Positions 11,090 to 21,849 of a stretch of 64,000 nt of DNA are shown here, piece after piece. Origin of the DNA: Anthoceros angustus (Eukaryota; Plantae; Anthocerotophyta); NCBI GenBank assembly GCA_010909165.1, contig MU008166.1:1364001-1428000 (forward strand), given 5' to 3'. Every line of letters starts with the position of its first letter. Positions within the stretch are counted from its first letter, which is position 1. The position numbers and the translations under genes are program-made. Under the pieces are notes generated by a model. That model worked only from the letters and a program-made list of their open reading frames with translations. It made no database searches and was not told where the DNA came from.

Positions 11090-11890
11090 TGAGGGTTTGA
11101 AGCCCATGGACAGCCCTTAGTAAGAAGCGCTTTGGGAGGCCATCATGAGCCTTCAATGTAAAAGGTTTATGGTAACCAAGGTCGGGCTTGCTGACATAAG
11201 TTTAGCATCCAACTCATAACATTAATAAGGTTAAAACTATCACCATTTTACCACGCTTAGGTCAAGTGTTAGGCATAAGATTACTTAGTTCACGCCGTAG
11301 TTTATTGAGGAACGAAACAACGACTTTGTCTCGCCACGCTTGCTAATTTTTTCCCACATCAAATTCGTCAGACAAAGATTTCATGTAGTTTAGTTCGGTC
11401 ACGCTACAACTTTTTCCCACATCAAATTCGCTTGTATAGCATTTCATGTAGTTTGTTCTCCAATTGACATGTTGTACCGTAAAGGCAACGTGAGGAGACT
11501 TAATTATTAAGTTGCGCAACCATGCCATTTTTATACTAAGATGGACCAATCCAAGCAGCGCGAAAGAAATTCAAAGATATCACAAAAGAAAATATGAAAT
11601 ATAAATATATTGTCTCTACCACAAAACAACTTGAACGTGCCATAAAGGAAATATCAAATATCTATTTATAGTATCTATCACAAGAAAACAATTTGAAGAT
11701 ACTAGAAAGGAAATATCAAATATCCATGTATACTATCTAGTACAAGAAAACAAAGCTAACTTGGCCTGCTATATCTAGGGTGTATTTAAGGTCAAATAAA
11801 AAGGATCCACCATTTAAGTGGTTGATTGAGTTGCCCAGTTTCGCAACCTAACAATAAGTGGTTGGTTCAGTTGCTCATCCTCGCTACGTT
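11090..11890 (+). repeat. Interspersed AT-rich repeat Z
   Basis: Diverged copy of blocks at ~56930-57480 and ~60275-60810. Shared runs include ccatggacagcccttag, cataacattaataaggttaaaactat and ctaagatggaccaat. Confidence 0.85.
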
Positions 11891-14063
11891 TCCTGAAATC
11901 GGCCTTTACATTGTGATCCGTTGCCAAACATCTCATCTCGGCTTGCCAACCCCAAGATAGATATGGGCTTCCATATTGGTAGTGTCTCCTGTCTTCGTGA
12001 TATAGTCTCCGAAAGCATAGAAGCTGGATTTCTCCTAAGACTCATAGTATATTGTTGTTTCTTCAACTTATCTCATCGAGTCGCCAATTGGGCACTCTTG
12101 GGTCTATCATACAAAGGTGGAAGTACTCCTTCTTGCACCGTCCCTTTTTATTTCTGAGAAGATGTTTTCCCAAGACTCATCTACTCTTCCGATTTGAGCA
12201 TCTCGTTAAATAATCAGCCTTAGCTTGGTGATGGCAACCATGTCCGGTGAGGGATGCATCTCTTCTGTGTGACTCTGATTTGGTTGAGAGGATCCTCGCT
12301 CATTGCCGCCGCCTCCACTCTATCATTGTCCGTCATAACCGCTTTTGTAATCACCGCCTGCTGCCGGACTATTGTCCACGCCCCATGCGTAGCCCTCTTC
12401 ACGCTTTTGCCCTTGCCTTTCCTTTTCACAGGCGAGTCTCGAAAAATTTCCTGAAGATCCTCCTCTATGTCCTCGTCTTGGGTTCTGTTCTGGGCTTTCT
12501 TCCTGCCTTCTTCTCTTTCCACGATATATCCCCTTGCTCTTTTTGCTTCAGATACATGCCGGATGTTTTTTAGACTCTTCAATATTTGTTCAAATTGATG
12601 GCAAAAACAACTGATTTTTGGATGCATTTGAGGACCGCTTGATAGTCCTCACTTTGGGTCTCCTCATTCCTATTCATCTCATCTTGCGCTGCTCAAACCA
12701 CGGCTTCACCATCCGCCTCCTCATCGCCCTGCCTCCCTCCTCTCGCGATCCCTACTATCTCGCTTCATCCTCAACCTCTATCCAGGCGCTCATACCTTCT
12801 CAGATCTTGGTCCATGGAGTCTTCGCGGATAGTTCTTCCCCATAGCAGACGACGCGCTTAGCGATGTTGCAAATTGCGCCTTCCTTCCGCTTTCTCCACA
12901 ATAGGTTGACCGCCCATTCATCGGCCATCTTTGTCATAATTAAGCCAACTACGATCTCTTTGCATGGAGAAACGAAGGGCATTCACAAACGCCCTGTGAA
13001 GAAAACCAAGAGAGGATTACCATCCCGCCGCAAAAATACAACAAGGAAGACAACTTCACGCCGCACCAGCGGGCTGCCGGTGTGCACGACTTGAGCGCCA
13101 AGATTGCCGGGTCAGGCTACAGGCGCACAAGTGCGCATGGGCGGGCCCATGTCCCGGAGGGAGGCGCGCCGCACCCGCCTCCGAGTTCGGTGCGCCACGC
13201 GCGCCGCACCATGGGTCCCGGAGGGCGGGAGGGGGTGCGCGCCGCATCACCAAGATACAGAGGGGCCTTTGGCGCACAAGAGCGCCACGAGGCGGCCCGT
13301 CGTCCAAACCACCCAGGTTAGAACTGAAAGCATAGAAACAAGCTCACCTTGTCGAGTGTAAGAGCAACGTCAAGTCCTGTCCTCAGGTCCGGTGTGTTGC
13401 AGCGTCTCGCAATCAACTTGTCCGCGCTCAAGACAAGCATCCGATGACAATTAGAAGTCTTCATGTAAAACTTCTTTCATAGTGCATCAAAAGCTTCACT
13501 CTCACATTTGATCCGACAGACTTCCAAGCCCATAGGATGTAGCCCACCACTATCTTCTCGTGGTCTTCAACACGTCCATGTATCCATTGACCCATAACAC
13601 CGGATTGGATCAAAGTTGGCTCGAGTGGAATGCCTTCATGGATGCACCATTCCTTGTCAAGTAGACCTGCTCAGAAGATGCGCATATCTCCTTCAAGGCC
13701 CTTTCTCAAGTGAAAGGGTTCTCGAGCGTAGTGCCCGGAACAATGCCTAATTCAAACAATGTCCGGGTACTATCTTCGCCTAACCTGCATGCTCCTTCCC
13801 CCTCTTCTTCCTTCAAGCCCTTGGGACGCCCACTCTTCCCTTGTGAGTTCCCATGTGCAATCAATCCTGCAACTGACCTTGGCTGCCTCGACCACCGTGC
13901 CATCACCCCCGTGCCTTCCCGCTTCCCCAGCCCTTGCCTCGCCTGCACTGCTTTCGCCGCTTGAGGGAGGTTGCCGGGAGGATGGTCCACACGCTGGCGC
14001 CGACGACTTTTCTCCCACTACTTGACATCCGGAATCAAAACACGCAGGAATGAAAATCGCCAC
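11890..14063 (-). pseudogene. ParB/Srx-like gene homologous to the cargo gene of element 1, truncated just after the ParB domain
   Basis: Minus-strand gaaggagtacttccacctttgtatgatagacccaa (~12135-12100) resembles element-1 gaaggcgtattgcctcatgtatgatagaccgaa. It is followed by YY.VLG(G)N(H)SFYAF (~12045-12010), MEAHIYLG and DHNVKADFRK (~11915-11890), matching LAHHN..D.RRK of element 1. Needs two 1-nt corrections. Confidence 0.55.
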
Positions 14064-14974
14064 ATGTTAGCAAACCGTCAAGAGAAGACAATTGAAGGGC
14101 ACCAACTGCTATTTGAGAAGGTCGGTGATGATTCTTGAATCTCGAACACACACGCTTCACCTCTCAGAGCCTCCGAATACCGCAAATCACCAAAACATTT
14201 TCTTCAGACGTTATGAACACCGAACCTCGGCACGCCTCATGTGCCTTGCAGCCTGGCACGCCTGGCAGCAGGCGCCTGTGCCCGGCGCCTGGGCCACGAG
14301 CTCGCGCCCTTGGCGCGCCTGTGCTCATGCCACTGGGCAGCCCTCACGCCTGGCAGCCTCGCGCCTGGGCGCGCCAGGCAGGCCTCATGCCTGGGCAGCG
14401 CCCTGTGCCCTCGCCCCGGGCCCTTGCCTGCAGCCCCTGGCCGCGGTGCCTGGGCGCCTCAGGCAGCACGCCCCTGGCACGGCACCCTGGGCGAGTCTCA
14501 CCGAGATTTCGAGGCGCCTGCAGCTACTCCCCACACACCCGTCGCCCTCCTGGGCCCCCAATCGCTGGTACATGCACACACATGCCAGTAGACAATCCAA
14601 ATCGGACCGCAAACGGTGATGAAAGATCAAAATCGCGACCGCGCCTAAAACATGTGGAGGAAACCCTAAAACGGGCTCTTCCCATTTTTAGGATGCCCTG
14701 CTAAGATGGAACCATGGTTAATTAACTAGGCTTGAACTCGAGTTTTTAACCAAGGGTTAAGTAACTGGGTTTACTAAACTTCACCGGCCGGTTGCCGCTA
14801 TAGAGTTTATTTTGTGGCGGCCGTCATCATGTCCAACCATGAAGTCCCCTAATTTGAACGCTCGATTACGGGCCACTATCCTTTTCACATTCTCCTCCTC
14901 ACACCGTATGGATACCTTGATCCAAAGATACCGCAATGTAGAGCCCTCAAACCTATGGCGTAATCGGGGAAGCG

Positions 14975-17502
14975 ATGGCATTCGATTGCGGCGACGCGAA
15001 TGTAGAGGATGCCAGTGGTTTCAAATCGCCTCGAGAGTGGGCATCGAGACATCACAAGACAGTTCGCGTTATGGAAACTACGCCTGATGCTTCTATTCCA
15101 AAACGGGTAATGGTCATGGATACGACTCCATTAGAGAATGACGAAAGTTCTTCTTTCCCAAGGCCTAATCTTTTTGACAGCATCCCGGAACAAGGAAGTG
15201 GCCAGGACGTGGATCTCGCAGCCAAAGAAGATGCTCTCAGACGGCGCCGGCTATTCTCTGATGCGACAGACGAAGACGTTTCCATTGTTCCATCGGAAGA
15301 TTGCGACATCACAGACGGTGGTTTTGGAGGACTTCAAGCAAACTTCAATCCCAAAGCTTTGTCGGAGACTTTCGTGCAGGACAGCCCTCAAAAACGTCGG
15401 CAATATCCCAGCAGACGGTGGAAGCGCAAAGTTGTGTCTAATCGAGGTGTTCAGAGTGCATGGTCGTTACATTGTTGTAGCAAAGGATGTTTGCTGAAAG
15501 TTGGAAGGAAACATATAGAAAACCTCGTGTATCGCTTGGGAATGGGTCGAGAGCAACAGAATCAGATTTGGAAAGTCCGCTTGAGGTAGTTCAAGTCTAT
15601 CCCGACACAACAAAGGTGATCAACTACCTCTCCGAGACCTCGTAACGCAATGTTGTGTTCAAGTTTTCAAGGTGTTCGCATTGATGGAGAAGGTATCACG
15701 ACGACAGGTTCTCCTAACACACCATGGTCATCGAAATGAAGGTCCAAGCCCGTCCAAAGCAAGACCATGTGCTAGAATGCATTGCTTGATGGACCAATTT
15801 TTAAGATAATCGCAGAGCGATGCCAAACGTTGCGTGTTCAACCTGCCTGACTCCTATAAAGGGCGATCTTCCAAGACTACAAACGGGAGGTGGCACGGGC
15901 TGGGATGTCAAACGTATCTCACTCTCATTTTTGCGCATTATGGAAGATGCACTTCCCAAATGTCAAGATCCCAAAGTGCGCCCGCTCAAATGTGTACAGC
16001 AGAAACCATCAAGACGCCATCTCGATGAGATCGACGAGATCAAGGTAGGTCCAAGTTTAAGGACTCAAGTGTGCGCGAGGGAGTGCGCGACTTGAGAGCA
16101 AGACAGAGGGAGTGCACGCACCTGCATGCAGAGCGTTGTGCACGGGCAAGGCGCCAGCTGTGCCTCAAGGCGCGAGCCGCCTGATGCGCCTCGCGCGAAA
16201 AAGTGAGCCCAATCACACAAGACTTATCCTCGCCATGCAACATATTAATCTCACATCGCCATGGTTCCTTTGGCGTAACGCTTGAGAGCGAATCGCCGCA
16301 TTGCAGTTCAACAAAACAAGAGCGATGTTAAATAAGCATCGGCTGAAGTGCGCGACAACCCACCAAGATTGAATTGCCATAGATGGTATGGACCAGGAAA
16401 GCCCGTGACTTCATGTATCCAAAAGATTTCGCCGATGGGTTAATTCGTGTTCATGTTGTTATTGTTTGGTACACAATGTGATGAAGACGTATGTGTATGT
16501 CAACTATCCGAACATCGCAATGATGCCAACTGACGATACATATTATTCAAGATATTATACTCAACTATGATTTTGTCTGCCAAAGACCTTTACCTTTGAC
16601 CTTTGACCTTTGACCTTTACCTTGGACGCTTGAACAACCACGATTATCAACATCAATTTAAAATCACGAGAGAAGAACGCAGTGGGGCAATGGTTGTAGT
16701 GCGGCAAATATTTATCAACCACCTCACCGGAACCCGACGAGGGACTTGAGTTTCTTCGCCTCATCCCGAAACCCCATCCGTGGGGCACTGTGCACTACAA
16801 GTACATGGGAAAGCTCCGCATCCCAACCCTCATAGATCATTGGATGGCATCGGAAGGCACTCAAGAGCCGATGCGAAGTACCAAAGGCCGACAAGATATG
16901 GTGGAACGGCTTTTGGGAGTCACAAGCCGATCCGTGAAAATCTCCGTGGGCCGACCATGAGCTAGAGATACCATGGCAGGTACAATCGGGTAGAGGCCGA
17001 GCGAAATAGCGATACCATCCTTGTGCCGGATTCTCGCTTCTCTCCAAGAGCAAGGAACGAGGGCCAAGGCAAATGTACCTTGGTAATTATATCCCGGCGC
17101 AAGGGCAAGGGAAAGTGCACTAGATGGAGATGTGATCGAGATCCAACAGGGCCATATGATTGCTGCATGTGAGGCGGATGACCAAAACAGCCTTTTGGGT
17201 TGCGTAGGTGGAGAACCTAGATTTCGATGTGACGAACTGCACTGGTCGCAATGGTGGGTTACGAGAACAAGAATGCATTTGAAGGCCAAGTTATATACCA
17301 AGAGATTTTGCCACCGAACTGCGGACAAGAATGCTCTACGCCAAAGGCGGAAGCGTCCAAGCATCTCGGGCCGGCGGAGACCTTTATTCTTTCATATGGG
17401 TTTGCCCCGACGCGAGAGAGCACGCTTTATGTGAGAACCCAAGAGCTCATAAAGACCAAGCTATTTGAACTCCACCATATGCAAATCGCGAAGCTGGAAT
17501 AA
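14975..17502 (+). pseudogene. Sola-like transposase, second family member, catalytic core deleted
   Basis: HCCSKGC (~15470), SHSHFCALWKMHFPNVKIPK (~15915-15975), IDGMDQ (~16380), VYVNYP..NDAN, HQFKITREE (~16650), C-terminal G.MIA.CEADD..FWVA (~17150-17210). The DN..RENK and GHTH segments are absent. Confidence 0.75.
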
Positions 17503-18261
17503 CGACAAGGGCTCACCCCACCACCTTGAGGCGAGGAGAAACGCTTCCACCATACATATGGTCAATGATATTAAAACCCAAGACCATGTTCGAGTTGAGG
17601 ATGATCCGCGAGTCCATGCCGCCAAAGCATTAGTTCGACCAATTGTAGACGGACACGCGACGAGGTATTGGAGATCCTAACCTGGGGTTTTCAAGGCATG
17701 TTTGAAGATAGCTCCCAACCAGCGTCCGACGGACTAGAAGGAAAAACGGGCAGCGAACGACCATGTTTGTCCTCCTCAGAATTGCGATCCCTAATGGTAG
17801 ATGGAAGAGATGATCTTCCCGCACACCACCATTGAGTATCACCTATATTGGAATAATAGCGATTTTGCATTGCGCTTGATTTGCAAACTTCATCCGTCCA
17901 ATAATTTCATATGTTAATCATTCTCCGGATAGCACCCAATATATAATTGCATGAGGACGTGAGGCGTGCAGGCACTCATATCCGGATGCAAGCCGCCGAG
18001 CAAAACCCCACGCTCGATGACATGAAGACATGCTAAAAACCTATCAAAACACAAATTTAATTTTATTTACACCTTCTTAAATGGCTCATTTACTGCCTAA
18101 ATGGAGGTACGGTGGGGCCAAAACATGCAGAACCGGGCACCCTGGAATAGATCACTCTATTCCAAGTCGAGTGCACATGCTGAAAACCAGGAAAACATCC
18201 CACCGCGGTGTTTTTGCCTAAGAAAAGACGGACTTTTTGCCTAAACCCCTTATTACCGGAG

Positions 18262-19896
18262 AAACCTCTTTCTACCCAGACGCTGTTACATGTATCTTCC
18301 CCGAAATGTCAGCATGAACCAAATCGAGCACGGCCTTTGCCCTGAAGGATGCTGCTGCAGGAAAGGGTTGTTGTTTCTGCTTGGCTAGAATGCATGCTTC
18401 ACAAGAAGGTAGATCTTTGAAACACTGAGGTAGTGGTTCTTGGTGACAGCCTTGGAGAGACATGTCAATAAGCTTGCTCTTATTAACGTGGCCTAACCTG
18501 GCATGCCACAGGAGTGCAAGACATTTGGAGTCTCGTGAAGCCATCCCTACAAAATGCTTGTGAGAGAAAAAATCCAATCTGTACAGATCACTGTTGGGAA
18601 TGCCCCTAAACACACAGATGTTAGGGTCTGACTTCTTGTGAAAGGTGCAAATGTCGTCCATAGCCTTCAATCCATAGATGCGAAGTCTCATAAGCTTGCT
18701 TAGCGACATGAGGTTCTTCGCCATCAAAGGGACATATAGACTTGTCTTGTTCTGTTCATCTCCTAGCAAAACCTTGTCAACTGTATGACCAAGGTTTAAC
18801 TTGAAAAATTGATCCCTGTTCTTGCAGATGTGGGAAGTCGACCGAATCTGTACGCTGTTTCCTCGTACCAAGAACGGCAAGACAAACAAGAAGGATCTTT
18901 ACCAGCCTTTGGCATCAATTGACCATTTTTCTCCTTGACGCCGCCATGTTTGCGGTTCTTAAATAGCGCTATTTCCGCTTCTTCTTCTTGCATTCTCGGG
19001 CCCAATGACCCGGAATACCACAACAATTACAGTTTCCAGATCTCTTGGAGGACGAAGAAGACGTTGAATCAGGTTTACCCCGAGACCAGACCGCTTTTAC
19101 CTTTATTGGTCTAAGTCTAATGCCTTTTCATGTTCTTAGGAACACCAGCGGAGATAAGGCGAGGCTGCTCTTCTTGATACAAGGCACCAACCACGTCTTC
19201 AATAGTGACTGTGCTTGCAGAAGTGCCAACAGTAGACTTGATAGGCCCGTTCTGGGTTGTGACAAAGGACTGGTATGATGGAGGCAAGCTAGAAAGGAGC
19301 TTTGCAACTGCCTGAACTTCTGGTATCTTATCTCCTGTAAGTGAAGCAATCTGAGCTCTCAAGTGTCGAAATTTACTAGTGTAAGATGACACTCTTTCTC
19401 CTTCCTTCATCCGTAGCGAGTAGTACTCTTGTTGTACTGCACACAATGTCATCATATTTTGATTTTGATATGTCCTTTCCAGCTGAGCCCATATTGCAGA
19501 GGCTTCTGTGAGGAACTCTACATCCGGGACAAGATCAGCATCGAGCCCACTGATAAGCAAGGCAATGGCAATACTATTGTGTAGATCCCATTTGCCAATC
19601 TCATCAGGTGTGGGTTTTGTATCAGCTGCTGGATCTGGTTTACTGTAAGTTCCATCTATTATGGTCCATACACCACGAGCCAGCAAGGTAGCTTTCATGC
19701 GTACACGCCAAACTGAATACCTGTTGCCATTAAAATGATCCTTCTCCTTGATCTCAGATGTGAAGGTTGGTGACGATATGGCAAGTACTAAGAGCACTGC
19801 AGGTTTTGATTTGGCTTTTAGTTTAGGTGTTATGCTTAACTGCTGGAATTGCGATGCTAGTGCATCCAATAATTGTTCTTTAGACCCGGAGGACAT
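18262..19896 (-). CDS. gag-pol: Copia gag-pol (gag, zinc knuckle, protease, GAG-pre-integrase, integrase N-terminus), frameshifted and truncated
   Basis: FNGNRYSVWRVRMKATL; ASAIWAQLERTY...LRMKEGERVSSY; CNCCGIPGHWAREC (CX2CX4HX4C); degenerate DSGATSHIC; LWHARLGHVN; CEACILAKQ; LDLVHADISG. Confidence 0.92.
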
Positions 19897-20361
19897 ATAT
19901 GTATTACAAGTTCTACTAGGTCTATGGCTCCAGTAGCAAAATGCATGCCTGAATGTGTTTAGGGTATATCTGCACAATTAGGTTCCTGGCTAACTATGGC
20001 ATGTAGGGGTTTTGACGGGAAGGGCTAGCCCGGGAGGGTAAGGGATAGGGTGTATCCTAGCTCGCCCGTGCTAACCTCCCCGTCGAAGTCTTCTATATGC
20101 TTATGGTTAGTCAATGTAAAGACAAGATTTATCCATGTGAAAAAACATTTTTCTAACTCATGTCGTTTCAAACCTAACTGCCAGGAGTCACTGGAAAGTG
20201 AAGAGGCACTAGACACCAAACAGCGTGCCTAGTTGGACCAATGCAATGAATCAGATTGCACTGGTGAAGAGGTGCCTGATCTGAAAAACGACGGTTCGGA
20301 TCTGGCAGCAAAACTTGCATAGCCCTAGCGCTTGCAAGCCCTTACGCAGCGGAAAAAAAAA

Positions 20362-21039
20362 TCATTCAAGTAAGCCATCAATAGACGGCTGAATTGTCGA
20401 GTGTGTTCCTTCGTTTGATCTTGAAACTGGAACTCCGTAATCCCTTTGTGTTGCTGCATCCAGGTACTGTAGTGTCCTGGAGATTTCAATCACGAGATCG
20501 TTTATTTTGCGCTTGGCTTCTATCACCCAAGGGGTTTGCTCAATATTAGTATGAAGATCTTCAATTCTTGCTTTCAGTACTTCCTGTTTTGACAGCAGCA
20601 AGGATAGGGACTTCTCCACGTGAACAATTGTTGCAAAAATCTTGCTCAGAATGCTTTGATTTTTGTAGTTTCTGTGTGATGATCCTTCCTGATCAGATTG
20701 CTGTGTTTCAAGTCTTGGTTGAAATAAAGATTCCACAGGAGGCAGTTCAGGGCGTTCGAAGTAAAGATGAGGGTTTTGTCCCCTCTGTCTACAACGTGCA
20801 CGAAAGATGGAGTCAACTCTGAAGTTATTGGCTTCTCTTTGATCTGCCCTTCTCTGCCCTGCTCGATTGGATCTCCTGTCCACAAATTGCCTTAGATAAT
20901 ACTCAGGGTAGTTAGCAGCGTAGAGATCTGCTACGTCTTCAGGAGAGCAAAAGCTTTGATTTGGAATTCGTCCAAAACATAAAGTGTTTCTCTCCACTCT
21001 TTGACGTCTGCCTCTTCGCGTGTTCCCCCTGTTAGGCAT
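20362..21039 (-). CDS. Extra ~225-aa sense ORF between PBS and gag (basic N-terminus, predicted coiled-coil C-terminal half)
   Basis: Uninterrupted ORF MPNRGNTRRGRRQR...KQEVLKARIEDLHTNIEQ...KRKINDLVIEISRTL starting ~30 nt 3' of the PBS. No family recognised. Confidence 0.65.
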   Translation of the reverse strand: MPNRGNTRRGRRQRVERNTLCFGRIPNQSFCSPEDVADLYAANYPEYYLRQFVDRRSNRAGQRRADQREANNFRVDSIFRARCRQRGQNPHLYFERPELPPVESLFQPRLETQQSDQEGSSHRNYKNQSILSKIFATIVHVEKSLSLLLSKQEVLKARIEDLHTNIEQTPWVIEAKRKINDLVIEISRTLQYLDAATQRDYGVPVSRSNEGTHSTIQPSIDGLLE

Positions 21040-21069
21040 GTTGCAAGTATATGGACAATGGAGATTTAA

Positions 21070-21081
21070 GCTCTGATACCA
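21070..21081 (-). other. Primer binding site complementary to the 3' end of initiator tRNA-Met
   Basis: Plus strand reads gctctgatacca. Confidence 0.9.
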
Positions 21082-21088
21082 TATCAAT

Positions 21089-21285
21089 TGTTGGACATAA
21101 TCACGTTCTTTAAGAAAAGCTCAGAGACTAGATAGACAAAAGCCAGATAGACAAAACTGATAATGATTAATTAATAAAATGCCTCAAGTGTGTTTTTAAT
21201 ACTAAATCCTAATATCTAAAGGTCACATATTTAACTTGTACCCATTCAAACTCAACCACGGCTAACGTAAGCATAGTCCAGGGTT
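21089..21285 (-). repeat. Probable 5' LTR of the copia element (ends approximate)
   Basis: AT-rich ~200 bp adjoining the PBS, with TG at 21089 (the CA end on the minus strand). No second LTR in the window to confirm it. Confidence 0.45.
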
Positions 21286-21287
21286 AA

Positions 21288-21760
21288 TTGTACTTTGACA
21301 ACATGAACCAACCAGAAGGGTATGAAGTGTCAGGGCGGGAAAGTGAGGTATGTAAATTGCTAAAGGAACTCTATGGTCTTAAGCAATCTGCACTTGCCTG
21401 GCATGTTAAGATTGACAAGTTCTTCCAAGCTAGAGGTTTCAAGAAAACCAATGGAGATTGGAACATCTATGTAAAGAGAGTGGGAAAGTCCATGATGATC
21501 ATTGCTGTCTATGTGGATGATCTAATCCTTATTTGCAATGATTTGGAGCTCTTAGAGAGTACGAAGAAGAGTCTTAATAATAGTTTTGATATGAGGGATC
21601 TAGGTGAACTTCATTACTTTCTAGGGATAGAAGTAATGAGAGACAGGGCTAACAAGAAGATCTCTTTGAGCTAAAGGACATATGTTGAGAATGTCCTGAA
21701 GCGCTTTGGAATGCAAGAGTGTCCAATACGTGCACCACTGAGGCTCAATCCACAGCTAAA
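21288..21760 (+). pseudogene. Copia reverse transcriptase (RVT_2) fragment, opposite orientation to the gag part
   Basis: QPEGY...VCKLLKELYGLKQS...AVYVDDLIL...FDMRDLGELHYFLGIEVMRDR...LKRFGM. Confidence 0.93.
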
Positions 21761-21849
21761 GCATGCTGCATGGGTGGTTGTGGCTCCAATGAGAAGAGAA
21801 ATCTTGAAACCTTCTCTCAAGCTCCTTGCACAGGACCGCCTCATCTAGT

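Larger units (their letters stand above)
11890..18260. mobile_element. Second, diverged Sola-like transposon (left end truncated, no paired TIRs found)
   Basis: Same architecture as 2017-10875: minus-strand ParB-like gene, GC-rich divergent spacer, plus-strand transposase. The right boundary is inferred from where copia coding stops (~18262). Confidence 0.7.
18262..21285 (-). mobile_element. Ty1/copia LTR retrotransposon, 5' half (LTR, PBS, extra ORF, gag, protease, start of integrase)
   Basis: tRNA-iMet PBS TGGTATCAGAGC at 21081-21070, an AT-rich LTR-like stretch beyond it, and copia gag/pol motifs downstream. Confidence 0.9.

Noticed and set aside
12085-12125. HLCMIDP read as a methyltransferase DPPY motif in element 2
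   Set aside because: The nucleotide sequence aligns with the EGVL..CMID segment just upstream of the ParB motif in element 1, so it belongs to the ParB-like domain.
18130-18262. Right-end TIR for element 2 (tttttgcctaa repeats, small ggaatag hairpin)
   Set aside because: No matching inverted copy was found near 11890 or elsewhere in the window, so the terminus is unconfirmed.
21070-21081. tRNA-Met gene
   Set aside because: Only the 12-nt PBS complement is present and there is no cloverleaf.
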